From Takakia lepidozioides (lineage: Eukaryota; Plantae; Bryophyta), in NCBI GenBank assembly GCA_030704615.1, contig CM060733.1, forward strand, positions 56,916,001 through 56,980,000: 64,000 nt of DNA, read 5' to 3'. The position numbers and the translations under genes were made by a program. The notes below the pieces were generated by a model. It was not told the origin of the DNA. It did not search any database and was given only the letters and a program-made list of their open reading frames with translations. Each line of letters begins with the position of its first letter. Position 1 is the first letter of the stretch. Below, one piece after another: positions 47,535-62,995 of the stretch.

Positions 47535-50500
47535 ATGCATTTCCCGCCCGGCTCAAGACCACCATCGCCACACAAAAGTGTCAGTCCTCCGAATGCCCGA
47601 AGTCCCAGCCCTCCACGGCCAGGAAGTCCAGGGGGAAGTCCCAGCCCTGGCAGCCCAGAACGACCTCGCACCAACAAAGAAAACAAGAATGATGGTAAGC
47701 AGAAAGAGATGAGCAAGATGGGTTGATTTCCCATGTAGCATAGACCTTTCCCCCAATTTCGACAGAGGAGACAGGATGGTGGTGATGTTGAGAATACTAT
47801 TGCGGGCTCAAATGTTGAAAGCTGTAGCTTTCCTCTGCGTCGATTTGCTTTCTCTTGTAACCTTATATTTCATTTGTGCAAACAGGGCGCAAAGGTGGCG
47901 GTACTCTGTGTGGCGATATGGTGGTCTGTTTTGGAGAACTGCTCATTGACTTTGTGCCCACTGTTGGAGGGCTCTCGTTGGCTGGTGCGCCTGCATTCAA
48001 GAAAGCGCCTGGTGGTGCACCCGCCAATGTTGCCTGTGGTGTTGCTAAGCTTGGGGGCGGTGCAGCTTTCTTTGGCAAGGTTTTTCATCTCTAGTGTCTC
48101 TCCTGAGGAAGACTTATATCGTTTCACTTCTTCTTGCTCATTGTAAAACGTTTGAGACCATGTCAGCTTAATGTTTGCATCAGAAGATTGTGTCCTGCGA
48201 AAAAGTGGGAAGCTAGATAAAATCAACTCCCTTATTAGAGAGAGTCTTTCTCATGTCACTACAGGATTCCTGTAGCATAAAATACCCATGAGCAGCCTCG
48301 ACCGTTTTGAATCGTATTTGGTGTTTGTGTAGGTTGGGGATGACGAGTTTGGGTACATGCTGGTGGACGTCCTCAAGGATAACTATGTTGAGACGAGGGC
48401 CATTCGGTTTGATCCTAATGCTCGTACAGCACTAGCATTTGTAACTCTGCGTGAGGGTGGGGAACGTGAGTTCATGTTTTATCGAAATCCTAGCGCCGAC
48501 ATGCTATTTGAGAAGAGCGATCTGGATATAGAGCTAATCGAACATGTACCAGCCTCACTCACTCTCTCTCTCCCTCTCTCTATGTCTGCAAGTTGAAGGG
48601 TTTGGCTGAGTAATTGGCATTATTGTGGACATCTGGATTCTAGGGACGAAGGCATCCACATAAGCACACGGAGCAACACAAATGTTTCCAGATTTCACAG
48701 GGTGTATCATAATTTTCTAGCAGGTCATGTCGAGATGTAGCAGCTTTGAGAACAACACTCTTGGAGGCTGGCAGCTGACCCTTGCTGCACAGTGAGGCTT
48801 AACCTAAGAAAGGCTTGTTGACTTGGAGCAGTGAATGGGTGATCCATGCCTGGTTTTAGAAATCCTTATATCTCTATTGCTGTCTTGCCTTCTCATCTGT
48901 ATGGCACTGCCCTCGAACAGTGCTGTGATACATGCAAGATGATACCCTGTGACATGGTTTGTTATGACTGCCTACCTCTTCACGTGCTAAGTCTTCAAAT
49001 CCATGCATCACATTCTCCTTAACCTCTTCAGAATTTGAAAGCCAGGTCCAAATACACTGTGTGTGGACCTTTGCTAAATGGCGGAGGGTTATTGTCTTGC
49101 CCAGTGGTAGTTAATGTCAATTGTTTTGCAGAGAGAGGGAAAGATCCAGAGAGAGGAAGATACAGAGTACATCCTCTCAATAGTGAAGTGTGTATGTGGG
49201 GACAGGCAAAAATCATGCACTACGGGTCAATAAGCCTTATCACGGAGCCGTCCAGATCAGCTCATTTGGAAGCCTTGCGCATTGCTAAAAAGGCAGGCGT
49301 TATGTTGTCCTACGACCCCAATCTACGATTGCCTTTGTGGCCGTCACCAGAAGCTGCAAAGCAAGGCATCAAAAGTATCTGGGATCTGGCTGACTTGATC
49401 AAGGTAAGAGGCATGGGTACATTGCAATGGTTTTTTCTTGTATTCTTTACTTGCCACCAGCTGTATATGTGTCCCAGAGCCCCAAGGTCAATAATTGTCT
49501 TTTCCTACTGGGGACTGACCAGCGGTGCTACCACACTCAAATCTGTCTGAAGGTTAGTGCTACATCTATTGTCTTCTGTGATGTCAATGCTGTACCTTCA
49601 TGAACACCCAACACCCCAAGTCATCGTCGATGGTGCATGAAGCCTAGGGTGCTTTCCAGCTGGAGCCTGGGTCTCACACGTTGGTGGTTCTAAATGTGCG
49701 TGGGAGTGCAATTCTATAGGACTTACCCTCTTGAGGAACTGTCATAAACCAACATCAGCAGGGAACAGTCGGTGGATATAGCTACCTCTCTCTCTCCGCA
49801 AGTTGTTCTTACATTTCTGTGGTTGGCTGTGTGGTTCCACTTAGGTGGCTTGGGCCCTTCTCTTTGTGCTCTGAACAACAAAGTAGCATGGCAAATGGCT
49901 ACAGGCCCGAAGCATAGTCTGTCTCCCATCTATCTCTCTCTCTCTGCCTCTGGGCCTATTGTCTCTTCACTCTCACTGTCCCAGGCTTCCCTTTTCTGGA
50001 GCTTGAGGCAGATCTGGAACTAGACCACCCAAGCGAGAATTTCTCGAGCATGGGGGGATTTCCTTTGGATGTGCTCAAAACATAGTTATGCATTGTAATG
50101 GACATGGATCCAACTGCCTTCTCCGTCCTCCAAAGGTGATAGGCCCTTCAATAGAGAACTCAACTGTGTTAGAAGTGAAAGTGATGAGTTGGCCTGTGCA
50201 TGTTATATCATATGCTGTTTGAGAGACTTCATGTTCACAACATAGGTGCACCAGCTTATTGACGAAGAGGTTTGCACCACTAGTTGTTCACACAGGGGTA
50301 GATTCCAAGGATCAAGACCAAAGCTATCCTCTATGGAGTAAGTAAATTCCCTACTGATTGATGAGAGAACAGCAAAGCAGGTTGATCACCTCCCTAATTC
50401 TACCTGTTTGTAAAGTTGCATAGATCATCAGACTATTAGAATTTCAATGTCTGCCAATAAGTACAGGAAGTCCTTTGTGGCCTGGAAGCATCCTATTTTT

Positions 50501-53019
50501 GTCCATTGACTTCCACGCTGGTATCCACATGGTTTTGGATGTACTCTTAGGCACTTGGAGACTCCAGGCAATGCTTAAACATCTCACGCTGATAATTCAC
50601 TCGTGTAGCAAGGCTAGAGTCCTCCAACATATTTGGAGTGAACAACTGTGATTCTTAATGCATGGGGGTCAGGCAAAGTTAAACTGTGACTGGAGGAGAG
50701 AGAGAGCACTTGTAAGGTGTTGCTTGCTGATGGAAGAGCATCGCCGTATGAGAGTTGGGTCTTACTGGTTACTGCTGGGTGAGCTACTAATAATTCATAC
50801 CACTATCAAGAAGTACATTCTTTAATTTCCTTTCACTGTTACAGGTCCTTCGTGGCTGTTTTCTTCTCAATTGCAATAAGTTTCTGGTGTCTCCATTAGG
50901 CAGTCAGGGGGGGGGGACAACTTCCAGTAACTAGCTTTCAGAACTCGTACCTATTGTCAGGCATTCACTTACAATTGGCACGGAAATCTTCATTCTCTGT
51001 GCAATGGTGCTTGCACGTGTACACCCTAAGGCACGACTGCCTTATTGAGTTCACAAGGTTTGGCTTGCATGCAAGGATATTTAGTACTTCTGCCTTCTTG
51101 GAAATTCGCAAGGGGTGGTTTTACATTTTACAATTGTACTTTCGAGTAATATTCAAGGCTTTTGCGGCAATGATTGGCTGTGTAGGTGAGTGATGAAGAA
51201 GTTCAATTCCTGACAGATGGCGGGGATGCAAGCAATGATGCAGTTAACCTGACGTTGTGGCATCCACGACTGAAATTGTTGTTGGTGACTGAAGGTCCAA
51301 ATGGCTGTCGTTACTACACTGAGGTTTGCAATTTCTCTTTTGGATGTTGGTACTGAATCTTCTGTTTCTAGTTTTATTCACTCTTCAAAGATTCTCTATG
51401 GATCAAGCCACATTGGGCTCGAGCAGATTCTACAAGGGCACTTACGAGGAGTTTCTTGACCTGGAGCAACAGAAGATGTTGTTGGTCACAGCTCAAGGTC
51501 CCCCAAGCTCAATTATCTTCACTGATTGTAATTGGTGAAATCCCACTGCAGTTTCTTGCCGGGCCTTGTTCAACTTTAGAACCTATGTGGATTGGAAGCC
51601 TTTTGTCTGTTGTTTGGAAACCCTCTCTTACATGCGTGGTGAAATGATGAATTTGACAGTTCTCTCTAGCATGGACTAGCTGGTAAGATTTGAGGGTACT
51701 GGAGTAAATCATCCATGCCTCAATAATCTGGAAAAAAATGGTAACAGTCAGGTCAGGTCTGCTCATGCAGTGTAGTGGGGTCTCTAGCATGGCGATGTGG
51801 GCCAGAGTAGTCTCTGTTGTTAACACCAGGAAGGATCCCCACATTGCCTACATATTTTTATGGCGTATGATTTGTTCTGTTGCGCACAAATTTCTTAACA
51901 AGGAAGTACTGTAACTTAATGGAGGGGGGAACAGAATCTGATGTGGCAAGCTCCACCATGCCAGAGAGAGTCCAATGCACTGCATGAAATCCTTAAGGTG
52001 CAAGAAACTTTGAAATCATTAGAGTGTGTTCAATGTCAAACACCACGAAAAATTGAGGCCTAACAACCGGAAAGACTGTTGATTTAAGTGTCTCCTTTCC
52101 AGGAAGCGAACGATTAATAGTTTCACAAGATCTAAGATCTTCCTTGACCATTATAGTCAAGGCTTCTTTAGGCAAGTTTTCCAAATTCAAACACTAGAGG
52201 TTCAATGTATACTTCTTTATTTGTGAAATCCCTACCAGCAAGAATTACAGCAACCTTCATCTGGTGAATGATATTGGACTGCTGACATGATTCCTGCTGT
52301 GTTGTTGCAGAAATTTAAAGGGACTGTGCCTGGTGTTAAAGTTAAACCAATAGACACAACAGGGGCCGGTGATGCATTTTGTGCTGGCTACTTGAGCCAG
52401 CTCCTTGAGGATATGAACCTTTTTGATGTAAGTCTGGACATGAACCCACTGCTGCTGGTTGGAGCTAAAGTGTCCTTGATTAGTCCATAACTACTGAGAC
52501 GGGCCTAGAGTCCATAGCAAGCTTTGTTGTATCTCTCTTCCATTTCCCCCAAATAAACAGACCTTTCACCCCTTCTAGATGGGATGTGTCCAGACGAAGG
52601 CCGTCAGGGTATGGAAGCAGAGTCCACTCCATGCATCCCCCCACTGGCCACCAGAGAACTGCATGTTAGGAACTTGTAGTAGAAGATGGAGGGATTGGTT
52701 CCGCAACATACATTGTATGTAGATACGGAGGGACCATTGATCAGACTGTTGGCTTGCACTTGGTGGTGATTTGCAACTGGAGCATTTTGGAAAGGGATAC
52801 ATGACTCTGTTCTTTTTGTGTGACTTCCAGAACGAACAAAAGTTGCGGGACGCCTTGCTATTTGCAAATGCGTGTGGGGCTATCACCACCACAGAGAGAG
52901 GGGCAATCCCTGCTCTTCCCGATAAAGAAACTGTATTGAAAATTTTAGGTGGAGTCCCTGTTCGACGACTTTGTCCGACCGCATTTGTTGCTGCATCTGT
53001 ATTGACTTTCAATATTTGA
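47535..53019 (+). CDS. FRK: Fructokinase (PfkB family), 7 exons: 47535-47694, 47886-48079, 48333-48545, 49206-49403, 51186-51323, 52311-52427, 52831-53019
   Basis: [76 protein letters not shown]; all introns GT-AG and phase-consistent. First exon and start codon are less certain. Confidence 0.93.
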
Positions 53020-53469
53020 GTGGATAAGGAAAGCCTTTGCTGCATGTCCAGAAGCTTTTAAGTGTCTGCCTTGTTGCTTGAGGAAAGAAATGCAGGAGCT
53101 GAACAGATGCACATCTCTTAACTGTGGTCATTTGGCATTTCAGGCTTGGAAACTCCACGCTTGGCACCTGCAGATGCAGATGTTTCTTGGAAGGGCTACA
53201 CACGATGGCAATCTCGCAAATCATCGTTGATGATTCCGCAAACTATGAATAATTATGCCTAGATGCTACAATGAATGAAAGGATACACACCAGAGAGTTC
53301 AGAGAATTTCTACATAAAGCTCAAGCCACTGTCTCAACAGCTTGTTATGAGAACGGCCCTTAGCCAGGCAAATCATGGTGACATACTGTACATAACAGAG
53401 CTTTTAAGCGATGTTCATCCTTGTCATCCAAATTCATAACATATGCAAGGTGGCTGGCTATGGTGAGTA

Positions 53470-53904
53470 GGTTGCGGCTTTGCGTCTCCCGAGTCCCAAC
53501 CTGCCGTCTCTCTGTATCTCCCCCCTTTTGGTAATCAACTAAAGCCAAAGAAAGAGGACTGAGCCTCCCGCAGTATGCGTAACTAAAATCGACTAAAGAT
53601 TTATATATATAACATGGACCCATCTCTCTAGTTCGAGGAGACTTCCAAACCTACAATCATGAATTGTTTCTCTCTCTCTCGACTAGTTTTGTTTACACTT
53701 CAAATGCCCTTCTCTTTGTCTTGAAGATTGCAGATCATCACTTGTTCGTACCTTTGATTCCGAGCTTGGAGTAGAGGATTTTTTCTGAGCAATGCTCTTT
53801 GCATAGAGGTTTCTACGTAGTGGCAGTGATCCAAAATTTATACGTTTTATCCTTTTAGATACATGAGCATGGATCGAGCAGTTGGTCCACGACATCGACA
53901 GTCT
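53470..53904 (+). repeat. Dispersed ~400-bp repeat, copy B
   Basis: Homologous to 4078-4460 in the opposite orientation. Confidence 0.9.
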
Positions 53905-54873
53905 TTCCGTTTGAAGGTGGACACTTTGAGCCCTAGATCAGCTGGGTTATGCACAGGCAACGCACAAACACCCACCACTGGGCGACCTGCTCAGGTGCGA
54001 CATGAGAGAGTGCTCGGATGTCTAGAATAAAATTTTGGACATGGAAGTTGTGAAGAGTTGTAATATGAGGCGAACGGGTGAGCAGGTAGTTACAGTTAGT
54101 TATGGATGCCAAGTAAGTGTGTGCTTTATTAGAGAGTTTACCATTTACCAGTCCGTTATCTGTGGATTCCAAAAGACAAGGTGGCGAGCGATTATAAGCG
54201 ATGAGGATATTGGCTAGAGAAGCTGGTTGTGGAGGAAGATCCAGGGGAGGAGCCTATCAGGGATCGAGGCGTGACCAAGAATACTGAGTTGCGGAGGAGT
54301 AGTGGGAGATCATGAAGACCACCACACTAAACTTACTAGTAGTTATGGAGTGCCTATAAGAAAGTTCTGATGTAGGGGTCGCTTGCCGCATGCACGTCCA
54401 GAGATTAGAGTAGGAGCGGGGTAGAAGCTGGCAGACAGAAATAGAAGAGAACTAAAAGGGAGATGGAGGGGAGATGCAGTAGCACATGAACCCATTGTAG
54501 AGACGAATCAGCTGCACTACCGATACGAATTAACCTTCTCATATTGTCATTATAACGAATCTTTGTTATTCATGAAATCCTGAGTGTAAACATAAATAAT
54601 TGGGAATTCTAGATTGATGAACTGTCATGAAAAGAGGTACAGTAGAGCGTGGTAATGTACGAAGCTATCCTATCAAGCTGTGCTTCTCTAAGCTCAGCTC
54701 CATCTTCTTTCATTTGATATCGTGACCTTCCACACCTGGAGGGTTACTAGACTTTTTCCCAGAACTTGAATTGAACTCGATATAAGGTATCTAACTGAAT
54801 CTAGATTCCTTTCCTCCTGATATTTATTTGAGCCATTGCTAATTAAATCTCAAAAGTTCAGTGAACAGCGACA

Positions 54874-57035
<2,162 letters not shown>

Positions 57036-57609
57036 AACTGTGATTCTTCTTCTTTGCTCTCCTTCCTCTTCACATTCATTCCTCTCTTCTCTTCTTCTCT
57101 TCTCTTCTTCTCTTCTCTCATGTATATCACAACATAACACAAACCCATTTTCTGTTTCTCTCTCATAGAAACATGCAGTCAAGATTGATCAAAGTTGAGA
57201 TTGTTAGAATGGATTTCTAAAAGGAACCATTCTTCATAAGCTCCCGATGGCTGAATTCCCTATCCTTTTTTTCTTCTTTTTGTTTTTCTGAATGAAAGGG
57301 GAGTGGCCCATAAAATCATCTAATTTTCTTCTAACCAGATCAGAAATCTATATGTTTATCATAAATCATAATTTACTTGGGAAATTGGTATCTGCCAGTT
57401 GGATGAAGTGTTGTCATTTTATTACTGAAATGGGGGATTTGTCATTAGCTTTGAAGCCCCATTTTTTCTTATGGCTCAGCTCTAACATGGCTATCAAGAT
57501 ATTTTCATTGCATTAATTGTTTTAAGTAAGGTGGGAAATACAACAATATTATGGTTTTGGATGTGTGTAGAGTGACATATTAATTGATTAGAATTGGGTA
57601 TTATAAAAA

Positions 57610-59355
57610 TTATACTTGGGCATGGGCAGCAGGCTGGTACAACCAGTTTCCCAGGGATGTTTCCTGCATTGCAATGGGGATGGAGGGAAGGTACTCCCAA
57701 TACTTCTTGTGCACCTGGAAGTGGGGGATGACACCTAGGGTACTATGGCAAAGGATCCAAATGCAATCGAGGCCTGCAACGCCATCGTAGTCTGTTGTGA
57801 TCTCAATGGCGTTGTGATCCGGAAAACAGTTCTTATACATCTCAGGATCCATCACAGTGGAGTCCCAAAGACCCATCATACCTTTGTCTACAAAGACATC
57901 GTAATTTGCATCGATGTCTACAAGTCTATATATGTGGAACGTCCTAGGAAGTGCATATGTCCTACTCAATCCATACATGATTCCATTGCACTCCACAAGT
58001 TGGGGAGGTTCCATCGTCTCATGAAGTGGCCAGTTATCTCTTACCCATATTCTATCTCTGAAGAGGTATTTCATGATGCTAGGCGTCCATTTTTCGGGTT
58101 CTTTTTCATCTTGCACTATATCCAAACTTTCTCCCATCACGTACAATGCAGGACCACTTTTCAAATTATCCCTTACAAATGGAAGACTTCGAAATGATCT
58201 CGATTCGGACTTAAGTGAGTTAATCTCAGGTCGCCACGGCTTCTTAGTCTCGGTGAGATCAGGGTGTAGATACCATCGTCTGTCTAACGAGCTGTATACG
58301 CCTACTCGTGGTTTTCCAAATTTTTGCTTCGGATCCTCATACCAACCCACAATGTGGATGATGTAGGAGTCGGATAAAGGGGATACACTAATGCGAGCCA
58401 CCATTTTTTTCAAAACAATGGTTAGTGGTGGGAGAACTCGGAACCTTCTGGTCAGTGGGTTACACACAACAAGTAAAGATTGGGGAGGGTATTCACCTAA
58501 CCAGTTGTTAGAATGCATGGAAACTGGATCACGTCCAGGGGGAGGTTTTTCGGAAAGATAATTGACGATTCGTGGCTGCACGCCACCATACAAGAGCAAG
58601 AGGCCCCCAGCTCCTGCAAGCATCCCACGAACATGCAAAGGCAGGAATTCCAAAGAGGGCATTTTCACCCAGATGTTTCTGGTACGGTTAAGTGCCCATA
58701 AACAACTGCTTTTGATGTGAACTATCGTGGGGTCGTATTCTTTGTTGTGTATTATCCGATCTTCAATTTGCAAGACTTTGTTTTTATGAGCTTTAAACAA
58801 CTTATGGACGAAGGGAGGAAAACACCCCATAGCGAATAGCTTTGCAACTGGTAATTTCCAAAGAATGATATCGCGCACCATTCTTCTACTTGGTTTGTCA
58901 GGAAATTCTTTCCACCAGTGTCTCCAGAAAATCGGATCATTGACCGGATCCGGAGGTGGCTCCTCATCATCAGAATTATATGGAGGTGTGGGTGGAGGTT
59001 CCGGTTTAACCGGTGGGGAAGGAGGGGGTGTGGGAGTTTCAGGCCTCGGAGGAAGTGGTACTAGTGGATTTTTAGTAGCTAATTCTTGAGGTTTTTTCAC
59101 TGTTTTATATATGAAGACACCATATTCATCTGGTGGGGGTGGGGGTGGTGGAGGCGGCGGCGGTGGAGGTTCTTCAGGTGGAGGAAGTACTGGATCTTCA
59201 TCCTTTCTTTTTCCTTCAACTTGATCGCCTTCTTCTCCTTTTTCAACTTCCTCTTCAACATCCTTTCTTTCTACAGTTTTCTCTGAATCTTCTGAAGGCT
59301 CAGGCTCTTCTTCTACAACGGCAGTTGATTTTTTTTTCTTGGTTGGTGTTGTCAT
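57610..59355 (-). CDS. Divergent F-box/kelch-like protein with acidic and polyproline N-terminus; paralog of 4576-6444
   Basis: Degenerate F-box (DPIFW...MVRDIILWKLPVAKLF), WVKMPSLEFLP...AGAGGLLL.YGG.QPR, VVCNPLTRRFRVLPP, PQLVECNG; first ATG at 59355. Confidence 0.78.
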   Translation of the reverse strand: MTTPTKKKKSTAVVEEEPEPSEDSEKTVERKDVEEEVEKGEEGDQVEGKRKDEDPVLPPPEEPPPPPPPPPPPPPDEYGVFIYKTVKKPQELATKNPLVPLPPRPETPTPPPSPPVKPEPPPTPPYNSDDEEPPPDPVNDPIFWRHWWKEFPDKPSRRMVRDIILWKLPVAKLFAMGCFPPFVHKLFKAHKNKVLQIEDRIIHNKEYDPTIVHIKSSCLWALNRTRNIWVKMPSLEFLPLHVRGMLAGAGGLLLLYGGVQPRIVNYLSEKPPPGRDPVSMHSNNWLGEYPPQSLLVVCNPLTRRFRVLPPLTIVLKKMVARISVSPLSDSYIIHIVGWYEDPKQKFGKPRVGVYSSLDRRWYLHPDLTETKKPWRPEINSLKSESRSFRSLPFVRDNLKSGPALYVMGESLDIVQDEKEPEKWTPSIMKYLFRDRIWVRDNWPLHETMEPPQLVECNGIMYGLSRTYALPRTFHIYRLVDIDANYDVFVDKGMMGLWDSTVMDPEMYKNCFPDHNAIEITTDYDGVAGLDCIWILCHSTLGVIPHFQVHKKYWEYLPSIPIAMQETSLGNWLYQPAAHAQV

Positions 59356-60506
59356 TGTTACTAGTGTCGCAGCTCGCTCTTGTATGAACACACATGAAAA
59401 GAGATCAAATCTTGAAATCCATCTCTCTTTAGTGTCATCTCTTCAGAACATAAAATCTATTAATTTCTTCCAAGGATGCAACCTTTCCTCTAATAACTTC
59501 ATCAGCCAAATTCACAATGAAAAATATCTGGATCGATCCTCTGTCATCTGCGTGGCACATATTATGAACAAAAACAGCGATGCATGAATGAAATCTTCAT
59601 CATCCATTACGTCATGGCCAGATGACGTACCAGAGACTGCCACGTTGATATGTAAGTTGGGCTACCAACGGTCACGTCCCTTGGATGTTGCAATCGACCT
59701 GCAACCAGCGGTCGCAGCGCTTTGGGATCTGGCTCCCTGCCTTCTAAAAGTCGCGACGTACCATCCTTCTTATAACCATGAGTCCCAATTCATCTTCTAT
59801 CTTTCTGTCTCTCTCTCCCCCTTCTGTTGGATCTGTCATTTGATGGTCTTAAAATATGTGTTTCGCTTGTATTGCTTTTTCCTAGACTCTTTGGCTCTGT
59901 TGAATTGATGACATGAGTACTACTTCAGATTCTGTACTTTGCAGACCCTAGAAATTTTTAGCTCTTTCTTTCTGCGGACGTTATAAGGTTCCATTTCATT
60001 TCTCTAGAATGCTATTCGCATAATCTAATTAATTGGTAAACGAGAAATGCAGAGAATATGTGGGCGAAGGCGAAGGGATACTTACATCTTTGTGTGCACC
60101 TTCAAACGGAAGTGATGCCATGAGTTGCGCTTGCTTTGGCAAGAGCGAGTCTTCTTCTTGCTCTTGCTTACTATGTGGCAATGATAAGTGATGGTCTAGT
60201 CAAGCTTTGAGTCTGTGACTCGGTTGAGGTATTACGTGAGCTTTCATTTGATTTTGTTATTATATTTTTTATTTGTGCCCATCAACGGCTAATTAACCCA
60301 GGTAACGTCCGCAGGTTCCATGTCGTATAACTCACAACAGGTATAATGGCGGTGTCAAGTCTGCTGACCTCTAACTGGTACAACAAAAGAACTTCAGATG
60401 TGACAATAGACGTTTAAATCTCATGAGGAAGAAATATAGTACTAGCTCGCAATAAAATCATGAACCTCTAAACAATTCCGATCTGAATAAGGTAACACTG
60501 GTTAAT

Positions 60507-60575
60507 CAGGAGGTTTCCTCTTCAGAAGTCTAACAGGAGGTTTCCTCTTCAGAAGTCTAACAGAAGGTTTCCTCT
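60507..60575. repeat. 27-bp tandem repeat, about 2.5 copies
   Basis: caggaggtttcctcttcagaagtctaa repeated. Confidence 0.85.
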
Positions 60576-62211
60576 CCATAAAATTTCTTTGAAGGTAATA
60601 ATGGTATTGAACTTCGTAATCAAGATTCAAAAGACTGGAACATGAGGTAACAACAATTTTACCGTAATCCCCTAAAACTCGGTGAAGATGGATTTTGGAA
60701 TTATTCTAACTCCGATCAACAAGCTACCTCCTTCTTGTGATCATGTAATTTTCTTGTAGGATAAAAAAATTCAGCTTATCCAATGTAATCTTAACTATTG
60801 GCAATCTATAGATCTAACACTAAAATACCGCTAGTCCTCGTATAGTAACATACTAGACTTCAGGTGTAAAACTTAATGGACACCTACACGACGAATTCTG
60901 TGGGTAATGGAAGAAAAAACCTTAGTTCTAAACGTGACCTTCCACCCGGGTGCGTCATCAGAACTTTAGATTATCTTAAAGAAATGAACTGATATATCCC
61001 ACAGACAATGGAACTCGGGCCCTGCAAAATGTATCCAAGTCGGGACACTGCTGGATAGTTACCTAGTCACATTTCCCATACATTAGACATTAGAGTCGTT
61101 TCACAGCCAGTGTTACGCTCCCCCACGAAGAGTGTGTGAACACTGAACTGTCATTGGAATTTGTGATGGCTCCAACCGCTCTTGGAGCTGGACCTTCAAA
61201 CCTCACGCAACCTTTCCTTGCAGCAGTTTTGTACATCATGTAACGATCCTCTTTTGAAGTATGAATTCCTCAGTGCATAACATGAAGAGGAGTAAGACGA
61301 GAATGTGTACAATCTAATTTAGTGCAGACCGTTTTTCAAACTTACTATCAATTGATTCTTGAAGAATCAACGAGGGAATTTGACATCCTCACTGTTCACT
61401 GGAGATTGAGTGGGTCGAATTAAAGGCTTGTGTAAGTTGGATATTCCGAATTAATTCTCGACTTTCGGTAACGAAACAAACAGGTTTGTAAGTAAAGTCT
61501 GAATGCAAAGGTAGACAGTAAAGATGATGAAGGAGACAGCAAGCATATGGACAAGACAATAATATTAACCTCTTAACAAGGAACGTAAAATTGAAGAGCC
61601 TAGTAAAATGGCATTAACATAATTTATAGATTATGAACACTAACAAAAAAAAAACAAAAAACCACTAACATGCAATTATCAGAAATATTAAATATTCTGC
61701 ATTTGGTAAGGGTTAAAGTAATAATAATAATAATAATAAGCTAGGAGAACATAATGAGGTGGTTTCTTTGGTGAATTACCTGTGGTACTTGTCTAGGTAA
61801 TCTTACCCAATTCAGTTAATTATTTAGACACATTCAACTTAGTCATTGATTACTAATTTCAGTTACTGACATTATTCGATATACGCAGATTGCCACTAAA
61901 TTGTCTTCAGTAAAGACACATTAAGATGCTCACCTAAGGTAACCAGGTTTTAATACAAGCTAACCCTAACCTTTTTCTTTTCTTTTTTTTAATTTGTTTT
62001 TAAAGGTGATGTCCACTAGTTGATTTTCTGAAGAAGAATTTTCACCTAATATAATATTCTCTTAGTTAATGTAGCCTACTAGGCCCTGAAAAGACAGAAA
62101 CAGATCAGTTTAAGAAATCTGCACTCCACTTATTCACTCCACAATCTTCAAATTTGACCTCCGAAAGAAAGATAAGCCAGTGCATCGCGGATGTAATTTG
62201 GAGTAGAGAAA

Positions 62212-62995
62212 TCAGCGATGAGTTTGCATGAGGATGCCAAGACTAAGTAGTAATATCCCAGCTAGGTAGTGGCATGGTGAGTGTCGACAGCTGCAGGGAA
62301 AAAACCAGTGCCCGATGTAGAATGTACTATGGTCCGGTGGAGCGAGCTTGAGATGTGTCAGTGTTGATGAGTGCGAACCATCGAGTTTCAAAGTGATCCA
62401 AAAATAGCTTGTGTAACAGACGATTTGATTGTGTCGTGTGATGCGTAGACCATGGAGTATGGGGTGGAGACATTGGCCGTAAGGAGGTGTGGCCAAGTAT
62501 CACTGTCTGGGAAGTTGGTGGTACATAGAGGGTAGAAAAGGGTGGAATAGAGATGGGTCCCAAAAACGTGTTTTGCGTTGGACCTTGCCCATGTATTGGG
62601 CGTAGCGGAAGCGTATGGTTTGTGGGATTAGGGCGTCGGAGGTTATTTTGGAGGTCCAGAAATGGGTTGAAAGAGTGTGGTCTATGACGTTGGATTTTGT
62701 CCATTTTTGGATGTGTTCTTTGATGTGTTTGCTTGTCGATGAGCTTCTTTTTGGAGGTAGGTGAGAAGGTTACGGATGGGGCGAGGTTCGATAAGACGGA
62801 CTCAGAATAGGTGATTATTGAGCCATAACGGGTGTGTGGCGATATGTATGAGGTCGGTTGGACAGTCTGCAGGTAAGAGGCCTTTGGCTCTTTGTCGGGC
62901 AAGTGCATCTGCTAGTGCTTCATTGCCTTGAATGCCCGTATGCGATCGTACTTGAAGAAAATGTATATGGCCTGGTAGTCCTGTGATTTTGAAAT
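62212..62995 (-). mobile_element. Non-LTR retrotransposon fragment: RNase H C-terminus followed by a Cys/His and RHN region (RLE-type C-terminus inferred)
   Basis: HFLQVRSHTGIQGNEALADALA (RNase H), IRFRYAQYMG, CLHPILHGLRITRHNQIV, FPCSCRHSPCH; many frameshifts. Confidence 0.65.

Noticed and set aside
60280-61620. Possible transposase remnant
   Set aside because: No identifiable catalytic motif or termini.
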